From contig JBGPOY010000004.1 of the NCBI GenBank assembly GCA_041488275.1, forward strand, positions 795 to 64,794: a stretch of DNA of 64,000 nucleotides, read 5' to 3'. Shown piece by piece: positions 1 through 8,026 of the stretch; the first letter of the stretch is position 1; the number at the start of each line of letters is the position of its first letter. The notes below the pieces were generated by a model. It made no database searches, was not told the origin of the DNA, and saw only the letters and a list, made by a program, of their open reading frames with translations. This DNA is from Candidatus Nanoarchaeia archaeon. GTDB lineage: Archaea; Nanobdellota; Nanobdellia; Woesearchaeales; ARS49. Made by a program: the position numbers and the translations under genes.

Positions 1-692
1 GCTTTCAACTGCTTGCATAAACTGCATGCGTTCTTGACTGCATCGCCCAAGTTTTCGAGGTTGTTGACCAATGCCCAGTGCGCGAGCGCGTCGTGCGGCG
101 CGATTTGGAGTTCCTGCGCCATTTTCGGGGAGCGCAGGCTGCCTTTCAGGAGGCGGTAGAGTAGAAAGTAGAGGCGGTTCATGTCGTAGTCGCGCAAGGC
201 AACGCCGTCGTAGAGTTTCGTGTTGTCCAAGCCCGCGACGCTGTCCTGCAGCATCGAGCGCAGAATCATGTCCATCCTTCGCAGGGTTTTGTCCACCGAG
301 ACTTCGGAGAGATTGAGCAAGTCGCGCGCGACCAGCCGCTTGGACGTCTGCTCCATGATTTCGAGCGCGACAAAGTCGTGCAGCAGTTTGCGGATGTCTT
401 TCGACTTCTCGGGCAGCGATTCGCCGGTGAGAGTAATGGTGCCGTAATTGTTGACGTACGCGCTTGTGATATCTCGTCCAATCGTGTCAAGGTCTTTCTG
501 GTCAATCTCGATGGTCTTTTCGCGCGTTTCCGTGGGAGCGCTCTTCGCGTCTGAGGAAATGGCCAGTTCGCCGCCGCGCTCAGTAATATAGAGAAGGCTG
601 CCTTTGCCGAGCTGGTTCTTCACGAGCCATTCCTTCGGCAGAGCGATGGTGTGGCTGCTGGGACCTGCTTTGACGAGTTTGCGGATGTGCAT
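1..692 (-). CDS. SpoVT/AbrB-domain + PhoU-domain regulator (archaeal phosphate-uptake-regulator-like). N-terminal ~230 aa lie in the window; the C-terminus runs off the window start.
   Basis: Reverse-strand translation from ATG (cat at 690-692) reads MHIRKLVKAGPSSHTIALPKEWLVKNQLGKGSLLYI... (AbrB-like swapped-hairpin N-terminus) followed by a helical PhoU-like region. No stop codon occurs before position 1. Confidence 0.65.
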   Translation of the reverse strand, partial: MHIRKLVKAGPSSHTIALPKEWLVKNQLGKGSLLYITERGGELAISSDAKSAPTETREKTIEIDQKDLDTIGRDITSAYVNNYGTITLTGESLPEKSKDIRKLLHDFVALEIMEQTSKRLVARDLLNLSEVSVDKTLRRMDMILRSMLQDSVAGLDNTKLYDGVALRDYDMNRLYFLLYRLLKGSLRSPKMAQELQIAPHDALAHWALVNNLENLGDAVKNACSLCKQLK

Positions 693-1261
693 CGGCTCAC
701 CTCTTTATAGACGGAAATAAGTATGAAACGTATTTGCGGTATTCACAATACGTTAAACCTATATTAAGCTTACGCCATAAGAGTAGTATGATCCCCAAGC
801 AACCTTGGGGAACTGTAACATCCAACAAAAACGCGAGAGAATATGCAAACACTGCACATTTTCGGGCGATGAGGCGAGACTCGCAGGCACAAGGTCTCCC
901 CGTTGTTGGCCGACGCTGAGTGCTCCGCTATATGCGTCGTCCTTCCCACCATTTTTTACTCTCGCGCTTTATAATCCGTTGGCGCACGCAGAGAAAGCTC
1001 TGCTGCACATGAGAACGCGCAAGCGTTTTCGTTGTGCGTGTTGGCAAGATTGCACACCACACGCATCACTCCTCACCGGGGCGAGAAACGCTCGCCCCAT
1101 CCCTATCATGCTCACCAACCCCCCTCAATACAAAAAGATGGCGCGAACCAGCTCATTCTTTGCACGTTTCGCGCCTTCTTTTATTTTACTCCTTTCCTAC
1201 GCGGTGCTGTACGACAAGTCACACTTCGTCGAAGCGCTCTACTACCTGGTGCACGGCTCCG

Positions 1262-2374
1262 ATGCGCATAACTAATCCGGGACTGCTCGTGCAGTTCGAC
1301 GCGTTCATCGATGCTATCACGCCCGAAGATAAGGTCGGGCTGTTCTACGACGATGACCCTGACGGCGTTTGCTCCGGTTCTCTGGTCGTCACCGCCCTTG
1401 AGCGCTTTCGCAACAACAAAATCACGCTCGCTCTTTCCTCGGACCGCGGCAAGTACGGCATGACGGAAGAGCACGTCAAGAAATTCAAGAAAGCGGGCAT
1501 CACCAAAGTCATCACGTGCGACAACGCCATCGAAGAACACACCGAACCCGTCGAAGCCATCGCCAAATTCGCGGACGTGCTCGAGATTGACAACCACGCC
1601 ATCTGCGGTTCCTTCAAGTCTCCCCGTATTCTCATGATGAAGCCTCAATTGTACGTCGAGGATATCGACTACAGCAAGTACTGCACGAGCAAGCTTGTCT
1701 ATGACCTGTTCTCCCGCCACGGCGACCTGCGCGACCGCGACTGGGTCGCCGTCACCGGCTGCATCACCGACATCTCGACCGAGCCGTGGATGGCGTGGAT
1801 TAAGACCGTCGCGAAAAAGTACCGCATCAAATTGCAGAAGGACAAGTTCAAGACAGAATTCGGCAGGGTCGGCATTTACATCAACGACGCAATCTCCTAC
1901 AATCCCAAGAACGTGGCCGAAGCGCTGCGGGAAACGCTCGCCGCGCGCAACCCGAAAGAACTCCTCAACTCCTCACTCAAAAAGTATCACGCAGAGGTCG
2001 AAGCCGAACTCAGGAAATGGATTGACGCGCTCAAGACGAGAGGCGAATGGTATCCTGACTTGAGTCTCGTGTTTTACCAAGTCGCGCCGAAATTCAGAAT
2101 CAAGAGTGCGCTGAGCACGATTCTCGGGCTCAACTACCCTCACCTCACGCTCGTGATTGCCTCGCCGGAAGGCACGAACATGACGCTTTCCGCCCGACGA
2201 GGCGACAAAACTATCGCCGTTAACCGCTTGTTCCAGCTCGCGCTTGAAGGACTGCCTGGAGCTGCCGGCGGGGGTCACATTCCCGCAGCAGGCGGCGCGT
2301 GCAAGGTCAAGGACTTCCCGAAGTTCAAGAACCGCGTCATCGAGCTGCTGAAGTCGGGATTTACGGGACTTTGA
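1262..2374 (+). CDS. DHH-DHHA1 family phosphoesterase (RecJ/NrnA-like)
   Basis: DHH motif FYDDDPDGVCSG near the N-terminus and DHHA1 motif GGGHIPAAGG near the C-terminus. Start moved to ATG 1262 (MRITNPG...); the upstream ORF extension looks like non-coding junk. Confidence 0.8.
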   Translation: MRITNPGLLVQFDAFIDAITPEDKVGLFYDDDPDGVCSGSLVVTALERFRNNKITLALSSDRGKYGMTEEHVKKFKKAGITKVITCDNAIEEHTEPVEAIAKFADVLEIDNHAICGSFKSPRILMMKPQLYVEDIDYSKYCTSKLVYDLFSRHGDLRDRDWVAVTGCITDISTEPWMAWIKTVAKKYRIKLQKDKFKTEFGRVGIYINDAISYNPKNVAEALRETLAARNPKELLNSSLKKYHAEVEAELRKWIDALKTRGEWYPDLSLVFYQVAPKFRIKSALSTILGLNYPHLTLVIASPEGTNMTLSARRGDKTIAVNRLFQLALEGLPGAAGGGHIPAAGGACKVKDFPKFKNRVIELLKSGFTGL

Positions 2375-2439
2375 AGAGCAGTCTTGTAACACAAAGTCTT
2401 AAAAACACCGTTGACTTCTGTCGAAGAATAGGTGATTGT

Positions 2440-3930
2440 GTGCAATTCAAAAAAAGTCAGAGTGCATTCATTCTCGCGCTCTTGATTCTGTCCGTATCTG
2501 TTGTTGCACAAATGTCGCCGACAACCGGTCCCGACTGCACTTCAGCAACTGCTGCAGGTAACGTTGAGATTTGTAATGGCATCGATGATAATTGTAACGG
2601 CGCAATCGATGAGCGTCTTGGAAATACGGAGTGCGGAACAGGACCGTGCGCTACGTCAGTGCCTGCGTGTGTGAAAGGCATCCCCCAATCGTGTACACCG
2701 AAGCCCGCGCCAAGCTCCTATGAGATTTGCGGAAACGGCATTGATGACAATTGTAATGGACAAGTCGATGAGAACTGTCAGCCTGCCTGCACCTCAAATT
2801 GGGTATGGTCGGCGTGGAGCGCATGCTCTTCAGGTGTACAAACAAGAACCACCTCTGATGCAAACAATTGCCCGACCTCGATAGGGCGTCCCGCAGATCA
2901 AACACAAACGTGCAATGCTACCTGTACTCCTGTCACGCAAACGTGCAGTGTTGGTGTTGGCGCATGTGCTCGTTCAGGCACGCAAACGCAGTCGTGCGTG
3001 AATGGCGTGCTCGGTGCTTTGAGTGTGTGCTCTGCAACGGCAGGAGCTCCCGCCGCCGAAACCTGTGGTAATCATGTTGATGATAACTGCAATGGGCAGG
3101 TCGACGAGGGCTGCCTGTTCCAGAATGGTCAGCCGTGCCAAGTGTCGTCGCAGTGTTATTCGCAAAACTGTGCGAACGGAATCTGTGCGTCCTATCAGGA
3201 TTGTATCACCTCGTGCACCTCGCTGGCGCAGAATTGTGTCAGCTACAGTTGCGGATGGTTTGGATGGTCGACCTGCCAGCAGTGCACCCCGTACCAAAAC
3301 CTCAATACGGCATGTGCACAAGGGTGCAATCAACCGTGTACTCCGGTGTCGCAGCCGTGTAGCGTGGGTGTTGGCGCATGTGCCCGTTCAGGTACGCAAA
3401 CGCAATCGTGCGTGAATGGCGTCCTTGGTGCCCCCGGTGCGTGTTCTGCAACTCCCGGTACTCCTATTGCTGAAATATGCGGCAACGCGATTGACGATAA
3501 CTGCGACGGCCAAATCGACGAAGGTTGCTCAACGCCACCCTGCACACAGGGAACGACCACGTGCGGTCTCGGCGCATGCCAAAATACGATTCAGAATTGC
3601 ATCAACGGCGTTCCGCAAACCTGCACTCCCGGTCCGACGTACCCGAGCCCCGAGATTTGCAGCAACGGGATCGATGAAAATTGTAACGGCCAAATCGATG
3701 AAGGTTGCCTGTTCCAGAATGGCCATTCTTGTCAAGTGTCGTCGCAGTGTTATTCGCAAAACTGTGCGAACGGCATTTGCGGCTCCTATCAGGAGTGCAT
3801 CAACTCATGCACCTCGCTGGCGCAGAATTGTGTCAGCTACAGTTGCGGGTGGTTTGGATGGTCAACCTGCCAGCAGTGCAACTCGTACCCGTCTCTGAAT
3901 CAAGCGTGCGCGCTCTCCTGCAATCCTTGA
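2440..3930 (+). CDS. Secreted Cys-rich repeat protein with five MopE-type metal-binding motifs (C-N-G-x-D-D-N-C-N-G-x-x-D-E) and a TSP1-like WSxWS motif
   Basis: GTG start at 2440 is preceded by GGTGA and a TATA at ~2397. Signal peptide VQFKKSQSAFILALLILSVSVVAQ. Five copies of EICGNGIDDNCNGQVDE-like motifs. WVWSAWSACSSGVQTR motif. Extreme Cys content. Confidence 0.7.
   Translation: MQFKKSQSAFILALLILSVSVVAQMSPTTGPDCTSATAAGNVEICNGIDDNCNGAIDERLGNTECGTGPCATSVPACVKGIPQSCTPKPAPSSYEICGNGIDDNCNGQVDENCQPACTSNWVWSAWSACSSGVQTRTTSDANNCPTSIGRPADQTQTCNATCTPVTQTCSVGVGACARSGTQTQSCVNGVLGALSVCSATAGAPAAETCGNHVDDNCNGQVDEGCLFQNGQPCQVSSQCYSQNCANGICASYQDCITSCTSLAQNCVSYSCGWFGWSTCQQCTPYQNLNTACAQGCNQPCTPVSQPCSVGVGACARSGTQTQSCVNGVLGAPGACSATPGTPIAEICGNAIDDNCDGQIDEGCSTPPCTQGTTTCGLGACQNTIQNCINGVPQTCTPGPTYPSPEICSNGIDENCNGQIDEGCLFQNGHSCQVSSQCYSQNCANGICGSYQECINSCTSLAQNCVSYSCGWFGWSTCQQCNSYPSLNQACALSCNP
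2923..3927 (+). repeat. Imperfect intragenic tandem duplication: unit A (CTPVTQTCSVGVGACARSGTQTQSCVNGVLGA), a MopE motif, and unit B (GCLFQNG..CQVSSQCYSQNCANGIC..CGWFGWSTCQQC)
   Basis: Copies begin at 2923 and 3337 (unit A) and at 3112 and 3706 (unit B). DNA identity between copies is near-perfect (e.g. tgcctgttccagaatgg...gtgtcgtcgcagtgttattcgcaaaactgtgcgaacgg). The second copy carries an extra ~180-bp insert. Confidence 0.75.
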
Positions 3931-3970
3931 ACTCTCTAGTCTACCCGCTATATTCTTTTAAAATTGGTTC

Positions 3971-5491
3971 GTGCTTTCTCGTCGTATGAGAGAGTTGGTG
4001 GATGCCGAAACGTGGCAGCTGGTGCAGGACCGATTAGCCGCGGCGCTCGGGCTTCCGGTCGTCACGGTAGACTTGTCCGGCCACATCGAGTTCCGTTCCG
4101 GAACGTTCCCGTTTTTCTGCGAGATTGTGATGAAGCGCGGCGGACAGTTTTGCACGCTCTGCCGGCAGGACTGGGCGGCAAATGCCTCAGGCGTGTATCA
4201 GGATTCTTGCCATGCAGGGCTGTACTCCATCACCGTTCCTGTCTTGATTGACGACAAAAAAGTGGGCGCCTTGATGGTCGAAGGCATCCGCGCAGACCAG
4301 CGCCTCCAAGAAGCCGCGGTCAAAGCCGCCTCGCTCATCGGCGTCGGCTCGGAAGAGCTCGTGGACGAAATCCCGAACGTGCCGATGCAGACTCCTGCGC
4401 AGCTTGCGACCATTCGCCAGCTGCTCGAGACGTTCGCGTCAACCTTGCCGCGCATCGCGTCCGACCGCAGCAAAGACAAGCGCGAAGCGCGTCAGCTGAC
4501 AGTCTTGCTGGACTTTCTCAACCAGCTCGGCGCGACGTTTGATCTTCCGAAAATCCTGAGCACGACGCTCAACTTTTGCATGAAGACATTCACGCTCGAG
4601 GACTGCAGCGTGCGGTACGGCGACGAAACTGCTCGCTTCGCGTACTTGGAAAAGCGCGATGACGCGTGCAAACCGTTAGAAGAAGCGCTCTGGGCGCACT
4701 TACAGAACAGCAAGATGGCGCTGTTTCTCGCGGACGTGCGGGATGACTTCCTGCTGGGACAGGTGGCGGGCATCGCGAACAGCGTACTTGCCGTCCCGAT
4801 TTTGTGGCAGGGCGTGTGCAAGGGCATGCTCGTGCTGTACGGCAAAGTCGGCGAAGAACTGAGAGCGTACGAGGACGTCGTTCGCGCGCTCGCGCAGCGC
4901 ATCGAAGCCGCGCTTGCCGCCGCGCGCAAGTACAAGGAAGCGCAGGAAACAGCCGTCACGGACAAGCTGACCGGATTGTACAACAAGCACTACTTTACCG
5001 AGACGTTCAAGAACGAAGTCGTGCGCGCCTCCAAATTCAAGCGTCCGACGTCGCTTATCATTTTTGACGTGGACAACTTCAAGAGCTACAACGACACGTA
5101 CGGGCATCCGGAAGGCGACAAACTGCTTTCCGAACTCGGACGCGTGCTGCGCGAGACCGTCGGCCAGATTGACACGTCCTGCCGTTACGGCGGAGAGGAG
5201 TTTGTCGTTATTCTGCCGGAAACCAAGCCCGAGCACGCGATGGCGGTCTCCGAGCGCATTCGTTCCGCAATCGATACAACAAATTTCCCGAACCGCAAGA
5301 CCACCATCAGTTTGGGAGTCATCACATGCATGAATTCGTCGGCATCCGCGGACTTTATGCTGAAGGAAGCCGACCGCGCGCTCTACAAGAGCAAGCACCT
5401 GGGCAAAAACCGTTCCACAGGATTCATCATCGTGGACAAGAACTTGGGAACCATTGATGCAAGCGAAGCGAGCGGACAGAAAGTCGTCTAG
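3971..5491 (+). CDS. Signal-transduction protein: PocR ligand-sensing domain + GAF domain + GGDEF diguanylate-cyclase domain (active-site GGEEF)
   Basis: N-terminal PocR-like region with conserved Cys/Gly spacing (FFCEIVMKRGGQFCTLCRQ...CHAGLYSITVPV). Central GAF-like segment. C-terminal GGDEF domain: LTGLYNKHYF...FDVDNFKSYNDTYGHPEGD...RYGGEEFVVILPET. Confidence 0.8.
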   Translation: MLSRRMRELVDAETWQLVQDRLAAALGLPVVTVDLSGHIEFRSGTFPFFCEIVMKRGGQFCTLCRQDWAANASGVYQDSCHAGLYSITVPVLIDDKKVGALMVEGIRADQRLQEAAVKAASLIGVGSEELVDEIPNVPMQTPAQLATIRQLLETFASTLPRIASDRSKDKREARQLTVLLDFLNQLGATFDLPKILSTTLNFCMKTFTLEDCSVRYGDETARFAYLEKRDDACKPLEEALWAHLQNSKMALFLADVRDDFLLGQVAGIANSVLAVPILWQGVCKGMLVLYGKVGEELRAYEDVVRALAQRIEAALAAARKYKEAQETAVTDKLTGLYNKHYFTETFKNEVVRASKFKRPTSLIIFDVDNFKSYNDTYGHPEGDKLLSELGRVLRETVGQIDTSCRYGGEEFVVILPETKPEHAMAVSERIRSAIDTTNFPNRKTTISLGVITCMNSSASADFMLKEADRALYKSKHLGKNRSTGFIIVDKNLGTIDASEASGQKVV

Positions 5492-6685
5492 TTACTTGCT
5501 CGTCAGAATTTCTACTACGTCGCGGTGTTTCAGGAGCGTGTCGCGCCCGATTTTGCGCTTCGTCTTCACGTCCATCGCGGCGACGAAGTTCTTCGCCAAG
5601 TCCGTGTGAATCTTGTTCGCAAAGTCGAGCGCCGTTGAGCCGGGAGGCAGCAGGAAGCAGTCGGGCAGGACGTTGCCGTCCTTGTCTGCGAGCTTGTTGA
5701 CGCCGCCGGGGAAGATGGCCATGTACTTGAGCAGTTCAAACACGGCGGTGTTGAGGACGGTTTGCGCGCCGGTACCGCCGTACTTGTGCAGGACGGACTT
5801 GCGGATGTATTCGAGCGCGTCCTTTTGCTTCGGGTTGACGTTGCCTTTGATAGTAAAATCCTTGTCGCCGGGCAGATAGTCGATAAGTCCTGCCTTTGCC
5901 GCTGTCCTGAGCGTCAGTTCTGCTTCGGCGCTGATAGGAATAATGGTGAGCTGCGGGAACTCCTTCCGGATGCGCGTAAGGTTTGCTTCCGCGCTCGGCA
6001 GGTCCATTTTGTTTGCCGCGATAATCATCGGTTTGCTGCGCGCGCGCACGGTGACGGCAATCTCTTTCAATTGCTCGTCCGTCCATTCCGCCGGGCGCTC
6101 GAGCGGGAGCTTGAGTTTCTTGAGGATTTCTTCCACGAGTGATTCGGAGATGTTCAGTCCGGAGAGCTGCTTGGCAAGCGCTTTCACGACTTGCCCTTTT
6201 TCCTGTTGGAGTGTGCGCGACGTCTTTTCCCAGCCTTTCTTGATGATGCCGAACACCCACATATCGAGTTCGACTTCGAGGAAACGAATGTCGTTCGCGG
6301 GGTCGTACGTTCCCGGCGTAACGGATTCGCCTTTTTCGTTCGTGGAACCGGCCATGTCGACCACGTGCACGAACGCGTCCGCCTGCCGCAGGCCGTCCAA
6401 GAACGTGAGCCCCATGCCTTTTCCGAGGTGGGCGCCCGGCACGAGTCCGGCGACGTCCATCACTTCAACGGGAACGAAGCGCTGGTGGTTGGCGCACATG
6501 CCGAAACGCGGGTTGCATTGGACGTTGAAGTCCTTGTCCACGCAGTCGATGCGCACGAACGCGAACGCCTTGTTCGGGTCGATGGTAGCGAAAGGATAGT
6601 TCGCGATCAAGACATCAACGAGCGTGATGCTCTTGAAGAACGTGCTCTTGCCGACGTTCGCCTTGCCCACGATGCCGATTAACAT
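5492..6685 (-). CDS. ychF: YchF/OLA1-type Obg-family GTPase/ATPase with C-terminal TGS domain
   Basis: MLIGIVGKANVGKSTFFKSIT (P-loop), ANYPFATIDPN, and a C-terminal TGS-like segment. Start set at ATG 6685, which has a reverse TATA (ttatataa) about 25 bp upstream. Confidence 0.8.
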   Translation of the reverse strand: MLIGIVGKANVGKSTFFKSITLVDVLIANYPFATIDPNKAFAFVRIDCVDKDFNVQCNPRFGMCANHQRFVPVEVMDVAGLVPGAHLGKGMGLTFLDGLRQADAFVHVVDMAGSTNEKGESVTPGTYDPANDIRFLEVELDMWVFGIIKKGWEKTSRTLQQEKGQVVKALAKQLSGLNISESLVEEILKKLKLPLERPAEWTDEQLKEIAVTVRARSKPMIIAANKMDLPSAEANLTRIRKEFPQLTIIPISAEAELTLRTAAKAGLIDYLPGDKDFTIKGNVNPKQKDALEYIRKSVLHKYGGTGAQTVLNTAVFELLKYMAIFPGGVNKLADKDGNVLPDCFLLPPGSTALDFANKIHTDLAKNFVAAMDVKTKRKIGRDTLLKHRDVVEILTSK

Positions 6686-6870
6686 GCGTCTTTTGCGCTT
6701 CTGCTCGTTATATAAGCTTTCCTCTGGCAAGAGGAAGCGTCGCGCTCGGCCCGCCACCTGTCCTTGCTCTCCGTGCCCCTGCAGTATGGTCGTGCGTCGT
6801 GGCGGAAAGGTGCTGAGTTGAACGCTGTTTCTGCCTCGCGCTCCAAGTCGCTTCCTCTTGCCTTCCTTAC

Positions 6871-6890
6871 CTTCACGAAACCCTTATAAA
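6871..6890 (+). promoter_or_regulatory. BRE/TATA promoter (cttcacgaaacccttataaa) for the three-paralog operon, leaderless spacing to ATG 6913
   Basis: TATA 'cttataaa' ends 22 bp before the ATG. The same 20-mer (one mismatch) occurs upstream of the deoxyhypusine synthase gene at 21812-21832. Confidence 0.55.
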
Positions 6891-6912
6891 TGCGGCTCGC
6901 CCGAAAGGAGTC

Positions 6913-7512
6913 ATGGCCGAACAAGAGGTGACGTACGGCGGCAAGGAGGCCGACGTCAAGTTTACGGTCGTCTACAAGGACGTGTATTCGTGGGGTTACT
7001 TCTACAAGCTCTTGCACGAGTGGCTGCTGGACAACAAGTACTGCGGCGCCGATGAGGACTTCAAGGAAATCCTGTACGAACAGCTCGAAAAACCGTTCGG
7101 CACCGAAATCTGGCTGCGCTGGCGGCTCGTGAAGAAAGGCGAAGCAGTGGGACCGTATCATGAATTGTTCCAGTACTCCGTTGACGTCGACTTTCACATT
7201 CTCGGACAGAAAGAAGTCGAGGTCGTGACCGGCGGCAAGAAGTACAAGGCGGACAAAGGCGAAGTCGAAGTCGGCGTGGCAGCCCGAGTCGACATCGACC
7301 CGGAAAAGAAAATCAAGAATCACTGGCTCGGCCAGCACTTCGAGGACTTCATCTTCCGAACGTTCCTGAAACGCAAGGTCAAGCAGCACAAGAAACTCAT
7401 CACGTATGATATGCAGCGCTTTCAGGAAGCCATCAAGACGTATCTGAAACTGGAAACGTTCCTCCCCGAGCGCGAGCTCGCGGAATACTACCAGAAGCGG
7501 GACCAGAGCTAA
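6913..7512 (+). CDS. Uncharacterised protein, paralog 1 of a tandem triplet (199 aa)
   Basis: Shares the N-terminal motif Y.G.FS..GL..L.EWLLD..Y, a beta-rich core (EVEVVTGGKKYKADKGEVEV) and a C-terminal helix (F..F+.FL...V) with the two downstream ORFs. Confidence 0.6.
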   Translation: MAEQEVTYGGKEADVKFTVVYKDVYSWGYFYKLLHEWLLDNKYCGADEDFKEILYEQLEKPFGTEIWLRWRLVKKGEAVGPYHELFQYSVDVDFHILGQKEVEVVTGGKKYKADKGEVEVGVAARVDIDPEKKIKNHWLGQHFEDFIFRTFLKRKVKQHKKLITYDMQRFQEAIKTYLKLETFLPERELAEYYQKRDQS

Positions 7513-7513
7513 A

Positions 7514-8026
7514 ATGGGCGACGAAAAGACCGCGGTCGTTCCGCCAGCCGTCACGCGGTATTACGGTCCGTTCAGCTTCCGTGGATTGCTCACCGCCGTC
7601 CGCGACGGGATGAAGCGCGAAGGGTACGATGAAGTCGACGAAAACAGCTACAAGCACAAGGTCGGAGGCGAAGGCACGGACGTCGAAGTCAAGCTGGAAT
7701 CCGACCGCAAACAGAATGATTACGTTAAGTTTAAAATGAACGTTGAGATCAAGATCAGCGAAATGAAGGACGTGGAAGTCGTGCACGAGGGCGAAAAGAT
7801 GAAGATGCAGCACGGCCGCGTGCAGGCGACCGTCACCGAAACCATCGAGCTTGACTACCAGAAAGGGTTTGAGTCCAGCCCGTTCCTGCTCGGATTGCGC
7901 AAGTTTTATCACGACTTCCTCATCAAGACCAAGATTGAGGAAGACTACTGGTACGCCTCGCACCAACGCGTGCAGCGGCTCTCCCAATTGATTCGCCAGA
8001 CGCTGGGGTTCGAAATCCATGGCTGA
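7514..8026 (+). CDS. Uncharacterised protein, paralog 2 of the tandem triplet (170 aa)
   Basis: Starts 2 nt after the paralog-1 stop. Same motif layout (YYGPFSFRGLLTAV..GY; DVEVKLESDRK..; FLLGLRKFYHDFL). Confidence 0.6.
   Translation: MGDEKTAVVPPAVTRYYGPFSFRGLLTAVRDGMKREGYDEVDENSYKHKVGGEGTDVEVKLESDRKQNDYVKFKMNVEIKISEMKDVEVVHEGEKMKMQHGRVQATVTETIELDYQKGFESSPFLLGLRKFYHDFLIKTKIEEDYWYASHQRVQRLSQLIRQTLGFEIHG

Noticed and set aside
2299-2439. N-terminal extension of the Cys-rich protein ORF (MQGQGLPEVQEP...) overlapping the end of the DHH gene
   Set aside because: It overlaps the upstream gene by 75 nt and lacks a signal peptide. A GTG at 2440 with an RBS and promoter gives a canonical signal peptide.
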